DNA of 63,798 bases, filler included, from Intoshia linei (taxonomy: Eukaryota > Animalia > Orthonectida), in assembly GCA_001642005.1 (NCBI GenBank). It is 7 parts of 7 records of this genome, joined end to end, with 100 filler letters (N's around TTAATTAATTAA, not from the genome) between each part and the next. Parts side by side here need not be neighbours in the genome. Positions count along the whole stretch, not along the records: positions 62,374 to 63,798 come from LWCA01002635.1; 6 more parts are not named here. One strand, written 5' to 3'. Each line of letters opens with the position of its first letter. Position 1 is the first letter of the stretch. Under the pieces are notes generated by a model. The model saw nothing but the letters and a program-made list of their open reading frames with translations. It ran no database searches and was not told where the DNA came from. Below, piece after piece: positions 62,778 through 63,798 of this stretch. The translations under genes were made by a program, and so were the position numbers.

Positions 62778-63009
62778 AATTATCATCATGTAATTTACTA
62801 ACATTTTACAAAAGCATTAAGTTACTTTAAATGAGATTAACCAAAAAAGTACTTAACCGCGGTGTTCGCATCACGAAGCATAATTAAATAAAAATTATAT
62901 GGTGGGTAAGCGTTTAAACAAGGTTTTAGAATTTTCAACTATTAACTATTAAATATGGATTTATGATAGTGCTTATGATTTAGAAAACTATCCTAGAATT
63001 ATGTTCTAA

Positions 63010-63335
63010 AAAATTCTAGGACTTTTTTCATTTTTAAAAAATTGGGTAAATTGAGGTTTTGGCTGTGAAAAATATAAGTTTTTGAAATTGAAATTTATCA
63101 TAATGTTCATGATGTTAAAATCTTTATCAGATTGTGTATTTTTTATAATTCTAGGAATCTTTAAATATTAAAAAAAAAGGTATTATTGAGTTTTGACCTT
63201 AAAGGAGTCAATTTTTGAAAATGAATTTAGCGATAAAACCTCACCCACGAAAAACTGTATTAAAAATTTGAATTTTTAAGACTCGAATTTTGAAAGACTA
63301 TCTTACATAAACACAAACATCAACAGATAAACACT
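63010..63335 (-). repeat. Helitron-family internal fragment
   Basis: Similar to 24880-25195 and 41580-41850. Confidence 0.65.
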
Positions 63336-63798
63336 AAACTAATTTTAATTTTAAAGGGGACAAAGATATAAAAAATACATTGATTTATGTTCAATATTTT
63401 TTGGCAAAATACGGAAATTTCATATTAAAATAATGATAAATAATATTTTTTGAGAGAATAATGGAATAGACCAGTGTCCACCAAACTACGGACCACAATT
63501 AAATTTTATCCGGTCCGCGAATTACAAAATACACCGATATCTTACAAATTATCATATATCATGGACTTAAATTTTAAATATACAAGTATATACCAGGGGT
63601 GGTCAACAAGTCGATCCCGAAATTTTTTGAGTCAATGGCTGGAATATAAAAATTATTATTTATATAAAATTATATTTTAAGAAAAATTTTAAAATTATTT
63701 ATTTATTTGACATACATGTACTTTAAATAAATATTATCTACTTGAATTAGAAAATGATTTAGTAATTATCCCAATGTATACTCACTGAACATTGTTCA

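Noticed and set aside
1-63798. tRNA, rRNA, snRNA genes, U12 introns, alternative genetic code
   Set aside because: None recognised by eye; intact genes translate with the standard code and GT-AG introns. A covariance-model search would be needed to exclude small RNAs.

Overview
Very AT-rich eukaryotic (metazoan-type) nuclear DNA with GT-AG introns of two sizes: about 40-60 nt, or kilobase introns swollen by transposons. It is not prokaryotic. The style suggests a compact invertebrate genome such as an orthonectid, but that is inference only. Six 100-nt gaps (N44-TTAATTAATTAA-N44) are artificial linkers. Genes recognised by hand-splicing: TBC1D8/9-like Rab-GAP (+), three-BRCT microcephalin MCPH1 (+), MRPL51 (+), SCAMP (-), NOLC1/SRP40 (-), FANCM/Mph1 helicase (+), a single-pass membrane protein 3' part (+), a protein-kinase relic, the 5' part of a GPR158/CG31760-family GPCR (+), an orphan gene with a chromodomain-like segment (+), and a truncated SUN-domain gene (+) back-to-back with a minus-strand exon block. 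Introns and intergenic DNA hold hAT MITEs with 8-bp TSDs, Tc1, pogo/Tigger, piggyBac, Ty3/gypsy relics and non-autonomous Helitrons. The most unusual signals are three. (1) A modular foldback transposon family in which one shared core is flanked by interchangeable tandem-subrepeat arms. (2) A SUN locus whose missing N-terminus may be the exon block on the opposite strand. (3) A FANCM with no visible nuclease domain, followed across a gap by phase-compatible exons encoding a transmembrane protein. All family calls are by motif recognition; no searches were run.
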